DNA of 64,000 nucleotides from a virus: IMG/VR virus record IMGVR_UViG_3300029989_000006; one strand, given 5' to 3'. The translations under genes were made by a program, and so were the position numbers. How positions within the stretch are numbered: the stretch's first letter is position 1; the number at the start of each line of letters is the position of its first letter. The notes under the pieces are model-generated. The model saw only the letters and a list, made by a program, of their open reading frames with translations, was not told where the DNA came from and ran no database searches. Shown here piece by piece: positions 11,108-20,929 of this stretch.

Positions 11108-12937
11108 ATGGAAACTACAACAAATTCTGCTCCTAAAAAGTTGAGCAAAAAAGGTAAAATGTTTATTATAATCATAGGGATTTTAATTATCTCTGGATTA
11201 TTTGCAGTTTTTAGCCCAGAAGTCAAGACTTATCTTTCAAAATCAGTGTCCTCAATTTCTGTGGATAAGGATCTTGTAAATAATACAATGACTTCTGCGA
11301 AAATTCCCTTCCCATCTGAAAAACTTACAGCAAATCCTACTCCTAAGGTTAGATTTCTTGGATATATGTGGAATGGTGCAACTGCCTGGAATGCTTCTAA
11401 TGGTGGACCTTTAACTACAAAAGGATCATTAATGGAAGGTGCTGGTGTTAATCTGGAATTAGTTCGACAGGATAATTTTGATAAGATTAGAGATGGAATA
11501 TTATTAGGTTTAAAAGAATTTAATGCAGGACAGAATTTTCCAACGACTGGTTATTCTGGTGCATGGTTTATGGGTGATGGTGGGGCATACTTTGTTTCTA
11601 CAACACAACCAATGATTGATAAAATCTATGGTAAAGGTAAATATCATGTGCAAGTAAATTGTGCATCTGGTTTATCATGTGGTGAAGATAAAGTAATTGG
11701 TTCTGCTGCAATGAAATTAAATCCTCAATTATTAAAAGGAGCTGTAATGTCAGCTGTTATTGGTGATGGAGATTGGGTTATTGCAGTCAACTATTGTGGC
11801 CAACTTGGAATTCCAGTAAATCCTGATCCAACAACTTATGATCCTAATGCATGTAACTTTGTTCAAGCAGAAGAAAGTGATTATATTAAAGCAGCACAAA
11901 TGCTTATTAAATCACAAAAAACTGGGTGGACAGTTCCTTTAAAATTAATGCAAAATGGTAAAAGAACTAATACTGTAGTTAATAAGAAAATTGATTGTAC
12001 CACAACTTGGTTTCCTGGTGACAAAATGGTTTATGATGAATTACCAGGATATGTTGATATTATTTCTACAAAAGAGTATAATAACCAAATGGCTTGTGTA
12101 TTAGTCACGATTACTGAATGGTCACAACAAAATTCAACATTATATCAAAATATGTTGAAAGCAATGTGTACAGCTGGTAATCAAATTAAACTTTATGATG
12201 ATTGGTTAAAATATGGATGTGCATGTAATGCAAAAACATTTAAATTTCAGGATGCCAATTATTGGTATAAAGCATTTAAAGGATATGTCTGGACTGATGT
12301 AACTGGTAGTACTGGTGATCTTCCACGCAATGTAGGAGGTACAAGAGCATTTAATTATGCAGATAATGAGCAATATTTTGGATTAAATGGGCCGTCGAGG
12401 TATGAATTAATTTATACTAAAGTTGCAAGTTATTTAGATGATTTAAATCCAATGGGTTACAAGGAAAATGTTGAAAGAACAATTCCATATAGTGAAGCTG
12501 TGAATTTTACATCATTGCAATCTATTAAATCAACTCTAAATACTGGTTCTGCTTACCAAGCAAACTATTCCTCAAACACAGGACAAGTTGTTGCAAAAGC
12601 TAATTATCATATTACGTTTAAAACTGGATCAGATGTTATTGAACCTGATGGTTTACAAGTTATCAAATCTATTTATGGAGCATTATCTTTTTCGGAAGAT
12701 ATGAAAGTCTCTGTAATTGGACATACTGATAACATTGGAAATCCTCAATCTAATTTGGATCTATCTAAACGGAGAGCACAGTCGGTTTTAAGAGCCTTAA
12801 TTTCATTAGGTGCTTCTAAAAATAGATTCGATACTGTCGATGGCATGGGAGATACTTCTCCTATTTCTGGGAATACAAATTCCAATGAAACAGAAAGATC
12901 GGCCAATCGTAGGGTTGAAATCAGTCTATTGAAATAG
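11108..12937 (+). CDS. ABC substrate-binding protein fused to C-terminal OmpA-like peptidoglycan-binding domain
   Basis: N-terminal TM anchor; C-terminal GHTDNIG..NLDLSKRRAQSV...ANRRVEI. Confidence 0.85.
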   Translation: METTTNSAPKKLSKKGKMFIIIIGILIISGLFAVFSPEVKTYLSKSVSSISVDKDLVNNTMTSAKIPFPSEKLTANPTPKVRFLGYMWNGATAWNASNGGPLTTKGSLMEGAGVNLELVRQDNFDKIRDGILLGLKEFNAGQNFPTTGYSGAWFMGDGGAYFVSTTQPMIDKIYGKGKYHVQVNCASGLSCGEDKVIGSAAMKLNPQLLKGAVMSAVIGDGDWVIAVNYCGQLGIPVNPDPTTYDPNACNFVQAEESDYIKAAQMLIKSQKTGWTVPLKLMQNGKRTNTVVNKKIDCTTTWFPGDKMVYDELPGYVDIISTKEYNNQMACVLVTITEWSQQNSTLYQNMLKAMCTAGNQIKLYDDWLKYGCACNAKTFKFQDANYWYKAFKGYVWTDVTGSTGDLPRNVGGTRAFNYADNEQYFGLNGPSRYELIYTKVASYLDDLNPMGYKENVERTIPYSEAVNFTSLQSIKSTLNTGSAYQANYSSNTGQVVAKANYHITFKTGSDVIEPDGLQVIKSIYGALSFSEDMKVSVIGHTDNIGNPQSNLDLSKRRAQSVLRALISLGASKNRFDTVDGMGDTSPISGNTNSNETERSANRRVEISLLK

Positions 12938-12947
12938 ATTGTCTTAT

Positions 12948-13754
12948 ATGGTAAAAAGTGATTCCGCATTAGTTCGATCATTTCGTCCTTTTGAGAAATT
13001 AACTGATAGTCAGACTTCATTATGGTATGTCTTGTGGCTAATTATATTAATTGCAGGTTGGATTAAAGTATCTGTTTATTCAGATGTTAAAATTATACCA
13101 TCTCCTTTAATGGTTTTAGGAGCAACTAAGAATTTATTTTCTGAAGGACTTGTAAGACAATTTGGTGCAAGTTTGGGATTGTGTGGTTTATCTACGCTTT
13201 ACGCATTGTTGGTATCACTTACAGTGGCGTATTTGTCCCCATTACCAATAATGAAGCCTCTGGCTCAAAGTATCAGTAAGTTAAGATATGTTCCTATGAT
13301 TGGGATCACTTATTACCTTACTGAACTTCAGCTTACTGGTAGACCATTGCAAGTAACAATTCTTTCCTTGTTTATGACTGTTTATTTTATAACTTCTATT
13401 ATGTCTATGATTGGTGATATTCCTCCAGAGGAGTATGATCTTGCAAGAACAATGGGATGTTCCCGATGGGAAATGTTATGGATAGTTGTTATTAAAGGAA
13501 GAATGGATTTTGTGATTGAAATATTAAAACAAAATTTAGCAATTACTTGGATGATGTTTGTATCAGTTGAGGTATTAGTTATCTCTACTGGTGGTGTTGG
13601 AATTCTTATGAAAAACTCGGAAAAAACTGGTAATCAGGAAAGAATATTTGCGATTCAAATTCTTATATTTTTATTAGGAGTTTTAACTGATTATTTATTA
13701 TCATTATTAAGATCCAATATGTTTAGATATTCTAAAACAGTAAAAGAATTATAA
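12948..13754 (+). CDS. ABC transporter permease (SsuC/TauC-like)
   Basis: multiple TM helices; IPSP; EAA-like loop EEYDLARTMGCSRW. Confidence 0.85.
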   Translation: MVKSDSALVRSFRPFEKLTDSQTSLWYVLWLIILIAGWIKVSVYSDVKIIPSPLMVLGATKNLFSEGLVRQFGASLGLCGLSTLYALLVSLTVAYLSPLPIMKPLAQSISKLRYVPMIGITYYLTELQLTGRPLQVTILSLFMTVYFITSIMSMIGDIPPEEYDLARTMGCSRWEMLWIVVIKGRMDFVIEILKQNLAITWMMFVSVEVLVISTGGVGILMKNSEKTGNQERIFAIQILIFLLGVLTDYLLSLLRSNMFRYSKTVKEL

Positions 13755-13756
13755 TC

Positions 13757-14593
13757 ATGGAATATACATTAACAAATACTTTATTAAAAGTAGAGAATGT
13801 TTCATTATCAGTTCCAGATATAAATGGAAATGGCATGAAATGTTTAATTCAAAATATCAATTTTGAAGAAAAAGATGTTGTTCGACCTGGGTTAACTCAG
13901 GGACAAATGATTGCAATTGTTGGGGACTCTGGAAGGGGAAAATCAACACTGTTTAAGGTATTATCTGGATTAGTAAAACCTACAACAGGACATGTCTGGA
14001 TTCCTGGTGAGAATGGTTTAGGTAGAGATGTTAAAGAAGGTGATGTTGGTTTGGTTGATCAGAAATATACATTATTTCGACACCAGACCTTATATCAATC
14101 ATTAATATTTGCTGCTAGTAAAGGAAAAACTCCTTCATCTGAGCGACATGATTTAGTGATGAGATATATTGTTGATTGGAAACTTGAGGAAGCTAAGGAT
14201 AATTATCCAAATGAATGCTCAGGTGGACAAAGACAACGTGCGGCAGCTATTCAACAGCTACTTTGTTCAAAACATTTCATCATTATGGATGAACCTTTCT
14301 CTGGTCTTAGTGTCAGAGGAGTGAAAAATCTCAAAGAAATTATTGAGAAAACATGTTCACAGGATGAGTTAAATACTATCATCTTTTCTACTCATGATTT
14401 AAATTTAGCGATTAGCATTGCAGATCAAATTTATGTTATTGGGTATCCAAAAGATGCAGATGGTAAATTAATTCGTACTGGGACAATTGTTTCTGAATAT
14501 GATTTAAAAGTCTTAGACTTAGCTTGGAGAGAATTTTCTCCTCAACATTTAGAATTAGTAAAACAAATTTCTGAGGATATAATTAATTCTTAG
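13757..14593 (+). CDS. ABC transporter ATP-binding protein (SsuB/TauB-like)
   Basis: Walker A GDSGRGKST, signature CSGGQRQR, Walker B IIMDEPF, H-loop STHD. Confidence 0.92.
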   Translation: MEYTLTNTLLKVENVSLSVPDINGNGMKCLIQNINFEEKDVVRPGLTQGQMIAIVGDSGRGKSTLFKVLSGLVKPTTGHVWIPGENGLGRDVKEGDVGLVDQKYTLFRHQTLYQSLIFAASKGKTPSSERHDLVMRYIVDWKLEEAKDNYPNECSGGQRQRAAAIQQLLCSKHFIIMDEPFSGLSVRGVKNLKEIIEKTCSQDELNTIIFSTHDLNLAISIADQIYVIGYPKDADGKLIRTGTIVSEYDLKVLDLAWREFSPQHLELVKQISEDIINS

Positions 14594-15019
14594 GAATAAG
14601 TTTATAACTGAATTTGTTGAAAAATATGGAAAATTGGATTTTACAAATATTTTTGTAGTAATTTTACAAAAGTTTTATAAAATCTAATTTCCATTGTTTT
14701 ATCTTTAAAAATTAAAAGGATTATGATAAATTTATTTAAGAAGAATCCAATCTTATTTAGCTTTGCTGTATTAATTATTTTAGCACTAGGTCTTACCTTG
14801 CTTAAGGTTATTTTTTCAGTAATTACATTTCTTTTACCAGTAATAATCATTTTATTGATTGTTGCTGTGGGTATTTTACTTTATATTTATTATAAGTAAA
14901 TAATATATGGCTAGGTGATGAAATGGCAGCCATGATAGACTTAGAAATGCCGCAAAATACTTTTAAATCTATAATTTAAATTTTTTTAACTTTTAACTGT
15001 TTGTCATAAATATTTTTTG

Positions 15020-15027
15020 TATCTTTG
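15020..15027 (+). promoter_or_regulatory. Bacteroidota-type -7 promoter element (TAnnTTTG) upstream of intron HNH
   Basis: TATCTTTG 18 nt before ATG 15046; same octamer at 60847. Confidence 0.5.
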
Positions 15028-15045
15028 TGTATTAATATATTTAAT

Positions 15046-15603
15046 ATGAAAAGTAGAAAATACACCGATGAACAATTCATAGAAGCTGCTAAAAGTAGTT
15101 TATCTATGGCTGAAATGATGAGAACCCTTGGACTTTATGTTGGAGGTTCTAATTATGAAACAGTAAGAAGAAAGATAAAAGAATTTAATTTAGATGTAAC
15201 ACATTTTACAGGAGCTGCCTGAAATCAAGGAGATAGGTATAAACCTGTTAAACCAGCTCAATCTTTAGATGAAATTTTAGTAGTGAATTCAACTTTTGTG
15301 AGTACAAACCACTTAAGAGAAAGATTACTAAAAGAACACGTAAAAGAGTGTAAATGTGAAATATGTAATAATTCTGAATGATTGTCAAAACCAATATCTT
15401 TGGAATTACATCATATTAATGGAATAAAAGATGATTTAAGGATTGAGAATTTACAAATTCTATGTCCCAATTGTCATTCCTTTACAGATAATTATAGAGG
15501 AAAAAATATAGGTTTGAGTGCTCAGGAAGAGATTCCTGATGTAGAATATCTGAATATCGGCGAATCCTTAACATGTAATGATGATGGTAACACCGAGGCA
15601 TAG
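15046..15603 (+). CDS. intron-encoded HNH endonuclease with 2 in-frame TGA codons
   Basis: HFTGAA*NQG (15220) and CEICNNSE*LSKPISLELHHING...NLQILCPNCH (15379); joins two ORF-track fragments in one frame. Confidence 0.85.
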
Positions 15604-15892
15604 GAAGTAATGTTCCAGCCGTAGAGACTAGATGCAGATACATCTGAAAAGATGAAGACATAGTCCAGACTACAAACAGAAATGGTAACGAAAGTTATAG
15701 TAGTAAGAAAATCTATTGATCCGTAAGGGTCGTGCAGGTTCAATTCCTGTTCTAGCTACATAGTTCCCTGCAAATCGTGGAATCATAGGAGTATTCAGGT
15801 ATAACTATGGCAAAGCCTGTGAGCGTATAAGGTTTAAACAATAAATCAATACAGGTAAAATCGTGACAGCTTGGAAAGACAGCAAATTATAT

Positions 15893-15964
15893 TGCGTGGT
15901 AATTCAGTGGTAGAAATTATGCCTCATAAGCCTAAAGTCACGGGTTCAATTCCCGTCTACGCTA
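15893..15964 (+). tRNA. tRNA-Met(CAT)
   Basis: cloverleaf, CTCATAA loop, 1:72 mismatch. Confidence 0.75.
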
Positions 15965-15972
15965 CTAATACA

Positions 15973-16057
15973 TGCGAGTTAGAGAAGTTGGTATCTCACC
16001 AGTCTCATAAGCTGGAATCTCCATAAGGGATCATTGGTTCGAGTCCAATACTCGCTA
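15973..16057 (+). tRNA. tRNA-Met(CAT) with long variable arm
   Basis: CCAGT-CTCATAA-GCTGG; extra arm ATCTC-CATAA-GGGAT. Confidence 0.75.
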
Positions 16058-16064
16058 CAAAATT

Positions 16065-16319
16065 ATGAATATGAAAGATATATTAACTACTTTTGTTGAT
16101 AGAATGACCAAACTTGGTATTGATGTAAAACTTGCAGGGAATTATCCTTGGGTTTATATTGATTCTATTAATGGTAAAAAAGTTAAAGAAAAGTTTGAAG
16201 GAAATCATGGTTTCACAATTGCATTTATTCCTATAAGGAAAGGACAGGAGATGAAATTCACTGAAATTCACTGATATTCATGAGATAATGAATTTAATTA
16301 GAAAATATGTAAGATCTTA
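16065..16319 (+). pseudogene. hypothetical protein, probably frameshifted near the 3' end
   Basis: near-tandem duplication TTCACTGAAA/TTCACTGATA shifts frame; removing 10 nt restores ...FTDIHEIMNLIRKYVRS. Confidence 0.45.
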
Positions 16320-16542
16320 AGATAATCAAATGGTTAGTTGAGTCATGCTAGCGACAATAGTACTACCTTGGGCTCGAATGATGAACTGCAAGTAATAATT
16401 CATTAATGTACTGAATAGATACGTAGACATTCAGTGATTATCTTAACTTTATTTAAATAAACCTATTTTAGATATGGATAGTATTGTATGGTGATCTCCA
16501 TATTGCCTTAGCAGGCTAATCATACAAGTGTTTATTTTTTTC

Positions 16543-16587
16543 GGGATATGTTTGTGAAACATTAAGAGTTCGAAACTCTGTATCCCA
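16543..16587 (+). ncRNA. minimal tRNA-like element lacking anticodon arm, just upstream of the tmRNA acceptor piece
   Basis: GGGATAT/GTATCCC stem, AGAG-TTCGAAA-CTCT T-arm, one small hairpin. Confidence 0.5.
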
Positions 16588-16652
16588 CGATGTTCGTTGA
16601 TATTTTTAATAAAAATGAAGAAGACCCGGCTTCAATGCCGGCAGCTCCACTA
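16588..16652 (+). ncRNA. ssrA: tmRNA acceptor piece (permuted two-piece tmRNA)
   Basis: GAC-CCGGC-TTCAAT-GCCGG-CAGCTCC-A; CAGCTCC pairs with downstream GGGGCTG giving G3.U70; GATGTTC pairs with GAACATC. Confidence 0.8.
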
Positions 16653-16932
16653 AATTCTAAAGTGATCGGAATGGAATTGCACCGATTTATGCCAGTGCCT
16701 TAAGTGTGAAATAACACAGGTTTGGGTGCAGCTTTAGAATTTTAAAATTTTCCAAGTAATTGAAAAGTTAGGGGCGTAGATTCCTGCTTAGGTTATATAG
16801 TTATATGTAATCGTCTGCGTCTAAACCTAGAATGCCTGTACCCTTGCATCCATGTTAATTAAATGGAGAAACTCGGATAAGTTCAACAGGTATATCATGA
16901 TATAAAAGGGTAATTGAATAAATGGTACATTC

Positions 16933-17078
16933 GGGGCTGACAGGTTATTGATTCGCATATAATAGACTAATGGAGAACATCAAGCTATGTAAATGGCAAC
17001 AAACAATTCAAAGCTTTTGGAGCTCAACCAGTTAGACTGGCAGCTTAAGCCGTACTTGCCCCACGTTATAGGGGCTAC
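16933..17078 (+). ncRNA. ssrA: tmRNA coding piece; tag (A)GNKQFKAFGAQPVRLAA at 16995-17048
   Basis: GGGGCTGACAGGTTATTGA 5' end; tag ends in LAA-TAA; 3' end approximate. Confidence 0.85.
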
Positions 17079-17080
17079 AT

Positions 17081-17153
17081 GGACTTGAAGCTAATCTGGT
17101 GAAAGCGTGGCCCTGAAGAGGCTGAGAGGTTGGATCAAAACCAACTGAGTCCA
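17081..17153 (+). tRNA. tRNA-Phe(GAA)
   Basis: TGGCC-CTGAAGA-GGCTG; GGACTTG/TGAGTCC. Confidence 0.75.
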
Positions 17154-17170
17154 CAAATTTTTATGTTCAT

Positions 17171-17641
17171 ATGTTTATAACAATTATTCAAGGACTAATA
17201 TTTGTCCTTTACGTATCGTTTTTATTAGTTAGATTTAAGAAACCATTACCATCAATCTCTGATTCATGGTATGAACTATCCGATCCTATCAACAATTTAT
17301 TTACATTATTTTGTTGGAGCATCGGATTTCTTATGTTCTTTCAGATGAATGGTTCTACTCCCTTTTTCTTTTTTTCAGGGGCAGGATTATGTTTTACAGG
17401 AGCTGCAAGAGCGTTCCGATTAGAAAAAACTACTGAACGAAGAGTTCATCTTATAGGTGCAGCTAGTTGTATTATTTTTGCATTGTTTGGCTTAATATTT
17501 GAAAGAAATTCTATTATTTCGGCCGGATTATTTGCAATAATTACTGGTTTATTAGTTATCTTTAATGTGAAAAATAAAACTTGGTGGATAGAAATTAGTG
17601 CATTTGCATGTATTTTATTAGGATTATTATTAACATCTTAA
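17171..17641 (+). CDS. multi-pass membrane protein
   Basis: several TM helices; PSISDSWY. Confidence 0.75.
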   Translation: MFITIIQGLIFVLYVSFLLVRFKKPLPSISDSWYELSDPINNLFTLFCWSIGFLMFFQMNGSTPFFFFSGAGLCFTGAARAFRLEKTTERRVHLIGAASCIIFALFGLIFERNSIISAGLFAIITGLLVIFNVKNKTWWIEISAFACILLGLLLTS

Positions 17642-17650
17642 TTATTAAGA

Positions 17651-18289
17651 ATGGGTATTAAGGAACAAATTAAACAGATTCCTGGAGTAGAAGCTATTTT
17701 ATCATTGGAAGAGACTATGAATAGTATTCTTTTTGGTAAGATTCATCCTTCATTAGATAATATTGCTTGTGTTATTTTTGATGAAAAAAAAGTAGTAAAA
17801 CAAGAAGAGATAACAACAGATGAAAAAGAAGTATTAAAAACAAAATGCACAGCAATTGAATGTGAAACTAAAGAACAATTTGATTTTCTTTGGTCTTATA
17901 TGACTAATACTGATTCTCCTTCTGGAGAGAATTTTAAGGATCCTGGCACTGAGGGAATATTAAATGCCATTGGTTTAACAGGAGCAATTGTTTTGAAAAG
18001 TAATATAGAATTCTTCAAAAAAGATGGGAATTATACATTATTTTCATTTTGGGATTATATTAATATGGTTGATAAAGCTGATAATTATTATTCTTATTTA
18101 CTTAATTTAGCACAAGCTAAAGGATATAAAGATGGTAAGTTTATAAGTAATCAAAAATATCATTATCCAGTAATGGTTGACGGTGAAATTAGTCCTCAAG
18201 ATTTAGGTTTATCAGATGAAAGTCAACGTGTGATCTATAGTGCAGATGGAGTTTGGTCAAAATTAGAAACTTCACTTCCTTATGAATAA
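17651..18289 (+). CDS. hypothetical protein
   Basis: 212 aa ORF. Confidence 0.7.
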   Translation: MGIKEQIKQIPGVEAILSLEETMNSILFGKIHPSLDNIACVIFDEKKVVKQEEITTDEKEVLKTKCTAIECETKEQFDFLWSYMTNTDSPSGENFKDPGTEGILNAIGLTGAIVLKSNIEFFKKDGNYTLFSFWDYINMVDKADNYYSYLLNLAQAKGYKDGKFISNQKYHYPVMVDGEISPQDLGLSDESQRVIYSADGVWSKLETSLPYE

Positions 18290-18534
18290 GATGGTCTATA
18301 GCAGGATTTATGTTTGGGATTATGATGAATTTAATATTTATATGTTTAGGTTTAAATGCTTAGATGGAGACCAAGTTGTAACTTATACAATAGATCGAGG
18401 AGATCTATTAGAAGAAAGGACAATTGAGGATATGAGTGTAAACTTCATACGTGTAGCAACTAAACAAGAATGTAGAGATTATATACAGTTTGAAATTGAA
18501 CATGGTTATTTCCATGAATTAAATAGTTTTTAGA

Positions 18535-18891
18535 ATGGAAGAAGTAAAGGCATTAAGCCTATTAAAAGCAAACAAATCAGTTAAGGAAAGAGCTGAGAAT
18601 TATTTAACTTTCATTAAAAGAGAGTTACAGAGAGAGATATTAGATTTATTGATCATTAAGAAAGAAAAGATTGAATCAGAGTTATTTGAATTAACTAACT
18701 TTACGTTAGACACTAATTTAAATTCTGGTTTATCTAGAATGACTAATGAAGATTGTAAGTCAAGGTTTAAGAAAATTATTGAAGCAGAATATGATTTAAC
18801 TTTAATTGATTTAGAGTTGAAAGCAAAACAAGCTTCATTTAATAAGTATTTTAGTCTTGATGGTGAGGGGGATTTTGTAGAATTGAAGTAA
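18535..18891 (+). CDS. coiled-coil hypothetical protein (possible paralog of 19500..19880)
   Basis: similar length and helical pattern. Confidence 0.65.
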   Translation: MEEVKALSLLKANKSVKERAENYLTFIKRELQREILDLLIIKKEKIESELFELTNFTLDTNLNSGLSRMTNEDCKSRFKKIIEAEYDLTLIDLELKAKQASFNKYFSLDGEGDFVELK

Positions 18892-19448
18892 TGGCCAGTG
18901 TTTATATTAGCTGTCCAACAAGTGTAAACGAAGATTTTCTTGATGATGTTTATAATCTCATTGAAGAGGAGTTAGATATTCGTGCATATTGTTGGGAGAG
19001 GACAACATTATATAGTGATTGGGAAGAAAGAAAAATTAAGGAATGTGTAGGATTTGTGTTAATTACACCAAATAATGAATTTCAAATTCCTTTAAACAAA
19101 ATTCCCAAAGGTTCTATGAAGGAATTAACTATAGCAAGGGAATCTGGATCTGATATATTTTTAGCCTATAAAGCTAAAGATGGAATTCATATTTATCCAG
19201 TAGAAATAACCAATGGAGTTTTCTCTGGTATAGCTAATTCTTCAAATAGAGATCTTGCTATATATAAAAAGGAAAATACTGTAACAGATAATTCTTGTAA
19301 TAAATCATGGCATACTAGTTCAAGTACTAATTTAAGTACTGTTACTATAGCAGATTCTAACATTTGTTCTACAATGACTACTGAAAGAATACCTTGTGGA
19401 GATACTCCTAAATCATATGAAGTTCGTTTACTTTTATTATTAAAATAA
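18891..19448 (+). CDS. TIR/nucleoside deoxyribosyltransferase-like fold protein (tentative)
   Basis: VYISCP N-terminal strand, IKECVGFVLI, GSMKELTIA. Confidence 0.45.
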   Translation: MASVYISCPTSVNEDFLDDVYNLIEEELDIRAYCWERTTLYSDWEERKIKECVGFVLITPNNEFQIPLNKIPKGSMKELTIARESGSDIFLAYKAKDGIHIYPVEITNGVFSGIANSSNRDLAIYKKENTVTDNSCNKSWHTSSSTNLSTVTIADSNICSTMTTERIPCGDTPKSYEVRLLLLLK

Positions 19449-19499
19449 CATAATATATTTGGTGATTAGGTTTTTATTTATTAAATAATTAGATTTTTT

Positions 19500-19880
19500 A
19501 TGACAGAATTAGAAGATTCAGTACAGGGTGCAACGGCTCAAGGAGCATTTGGTGCATCATTGAAAAGGAACAACAAGCAAATCCGTGATGATAGAGCAGA
19601 AGCAATATCTCGTAGTTCCAAGTTGAAATACAAAAGAAAAATTGAAGATCTGGAGGAATTACTGATCTCAATGAAAACTGAACGTGACAATATGTTGGAT
19701 TTATCTCCAACTACTGCTCAAAGTTTGGAACTTGCAAGCAATTTTGATGCCGATAAATTTGTTGCAAATGATGGTGAATTAAGTGTCAAAATTCGTGAAA
19801 CAACTATTCGTATGAATATTTGTAAACAACGGTACAATTACCTATTTGGCCAAACCTATGAAATAGAAGGGGAAATCTAA
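19500..19880 (+). CDS. coiled-coil hypothetical protein
   Basis: 126 aa, translationally coupled to the vWA gene. Confidence 0.75.
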   Translation: MTELEDSVQGATAQGAFGASLKRNNKQIRDDRAEAISRSSKLKYKRKIEDLEELLISMKTERDNMLDLSPTTAQSLELASNFDADKFVANDGELSVKIRETTIRMNICKQRYNYLFGQTYEIEGEI

Positions 19881-20776
19881 TGGGAAGTGGTGCATCTTAT
19901 TCAGTTTTTTCACGTTCAGCACGTGCAGTAGATGAAGGATATTTTACTAAAAGTACTCAGCAAGTCTTTAAAGAAAAAAAACTTCATCCCAAAATGGATC
20001 CAGCTCAAGCAACATTGCGTGAGTCTAGAGATTCTGAAAATCATCCGAATAGTTTAGCAATTATTATTGCTCTTGATGTAACTGGTTCAATGGGCCATAT
20101 ACCTCATGAATTATGTAAAGATGGTTTACCAACTATTGTTGAAACAATTATGAATGCAGGAGTGGAACATCCACAAGTGTTATTCTTAGGTATTGGAGAT
20201 CATGAATATGATGATGCTCCTTTACAAGTAGGGCAATTTGAAACCAGTGATGATCTTATGGATTTTTGGTTAACAAAAGTCTATCTCGAAGGAGGTGGAG
20301 GAGGTAATGCCGGGGAGAGTTATTCATTAGCTCATTATTTTGCTGGATATCACACCTCTATTGATTGCTTTGAAAAACGTGATCAGAAAGGTTTTCTATT
20401 TACAATTGGTGATGAACCTAATTTGTTAAGTTATCCTGCAAGGGCAATAAAGAACCTTATGGAAAAAGGTGAACATCATGATTATACAGCAGAAGAATTA
20501 GTTGAAAAAGCTAAAGAATCATATTATGTTTATCATATCCATCTTGCTTCAAGTAATTCTGATTATTCTGGAAGAATTACCAAAAATTGGAAACAATTGT
20601 TAGGACAAAATTACATTGTTCTTAATGATCAAAATGATATTCCAAAGACTATTGCGAAATTGATTATGGCTAACTACGATAATCAAATTCGTGAAACTAT
20701 TAACACTAATATAAGTTCAAGTAGTAAACCGGTGGATTCAACAGAACCTATAAAGGATTCTGTGACTCTGCTTTAA
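19880..20776 (+). CDS. vWA domain protein
   Basis: MIDAS-like IIALDVTGSM; GGGGGNAGESY; FTIGDE. Confidence 0.85.
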   Translation: MGSGASYSVFSRSARAVDEGYFTKSTQQVFKEKKLHPKMDPAQATLRESRDSENHPNSLAIIIALDVTGSMGHIPHELCKDGLPTIVETIMNAGVEHPQVLFLGIGDHEYDDAPLQVGQFETSDDLMDFWLTKVYLEGGGGGNAGESYSLAHYFAGYHTSIDCFEKRDQKGFLFTIGDEPNLLSYPARAIKNLMEKGEHHDYTAEELVEKAKESYYVYHIHLASSNSDYSGRITKNWKQLLGQNYIVLNDQNDIPKTIAKLIMANYDNQIRETINTNISSSSKPVDSTEPIKDSVTLL

Positions 20777-20788
20777 AAATCAATTATT

Positions 20789-20929
20789 ATGGGAGTATTT
20801 ATTCCAGAAGAAAAACCAGCATCAATGCCAGTAGAAGGTACTGAAGTAGCAACACAAACAGTTGAGGAAACTGCTGAGGTAACTGAGGAAGTTGCTGAAG
20901 TTGCCGAAGAAGTGACAGAAATATTCTAA
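20789..20929 (+). CDS. small acidic Glu/Val/Thr-rich peptide
   Basis: MGVFIPEEKP...EVAEVAEEVTEIF, 46 aa, below ORF-track cutoff. Confidence 0.5.
   Translation: MGVFIPEEKPASMPVEGTEVATQTVEETAEVTEEVAEVAEEVTEIF

Larger units (their letters stand above)
14943..15707 (+). mobile_element. group I intron in tRNA-Leu(UAA) anticodon
   Basis: follows exon U, ends in G; core CTGAATATCGG...CAGCCGTAGAGACTA...AAGACATAGTCC. Confidence 0.88.
14909..15758 (+). tRNA. tRNA-Leu(UAA) split by a group I intron (exons 14909-14942 and 15708-15758)
   Basis: splicing gives ATAGA-CTT|AAAA-TCTAT anticodon arm, GGCTAGG/TCTAGCT acceptor, long variable arm. Confidence 0.88.
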
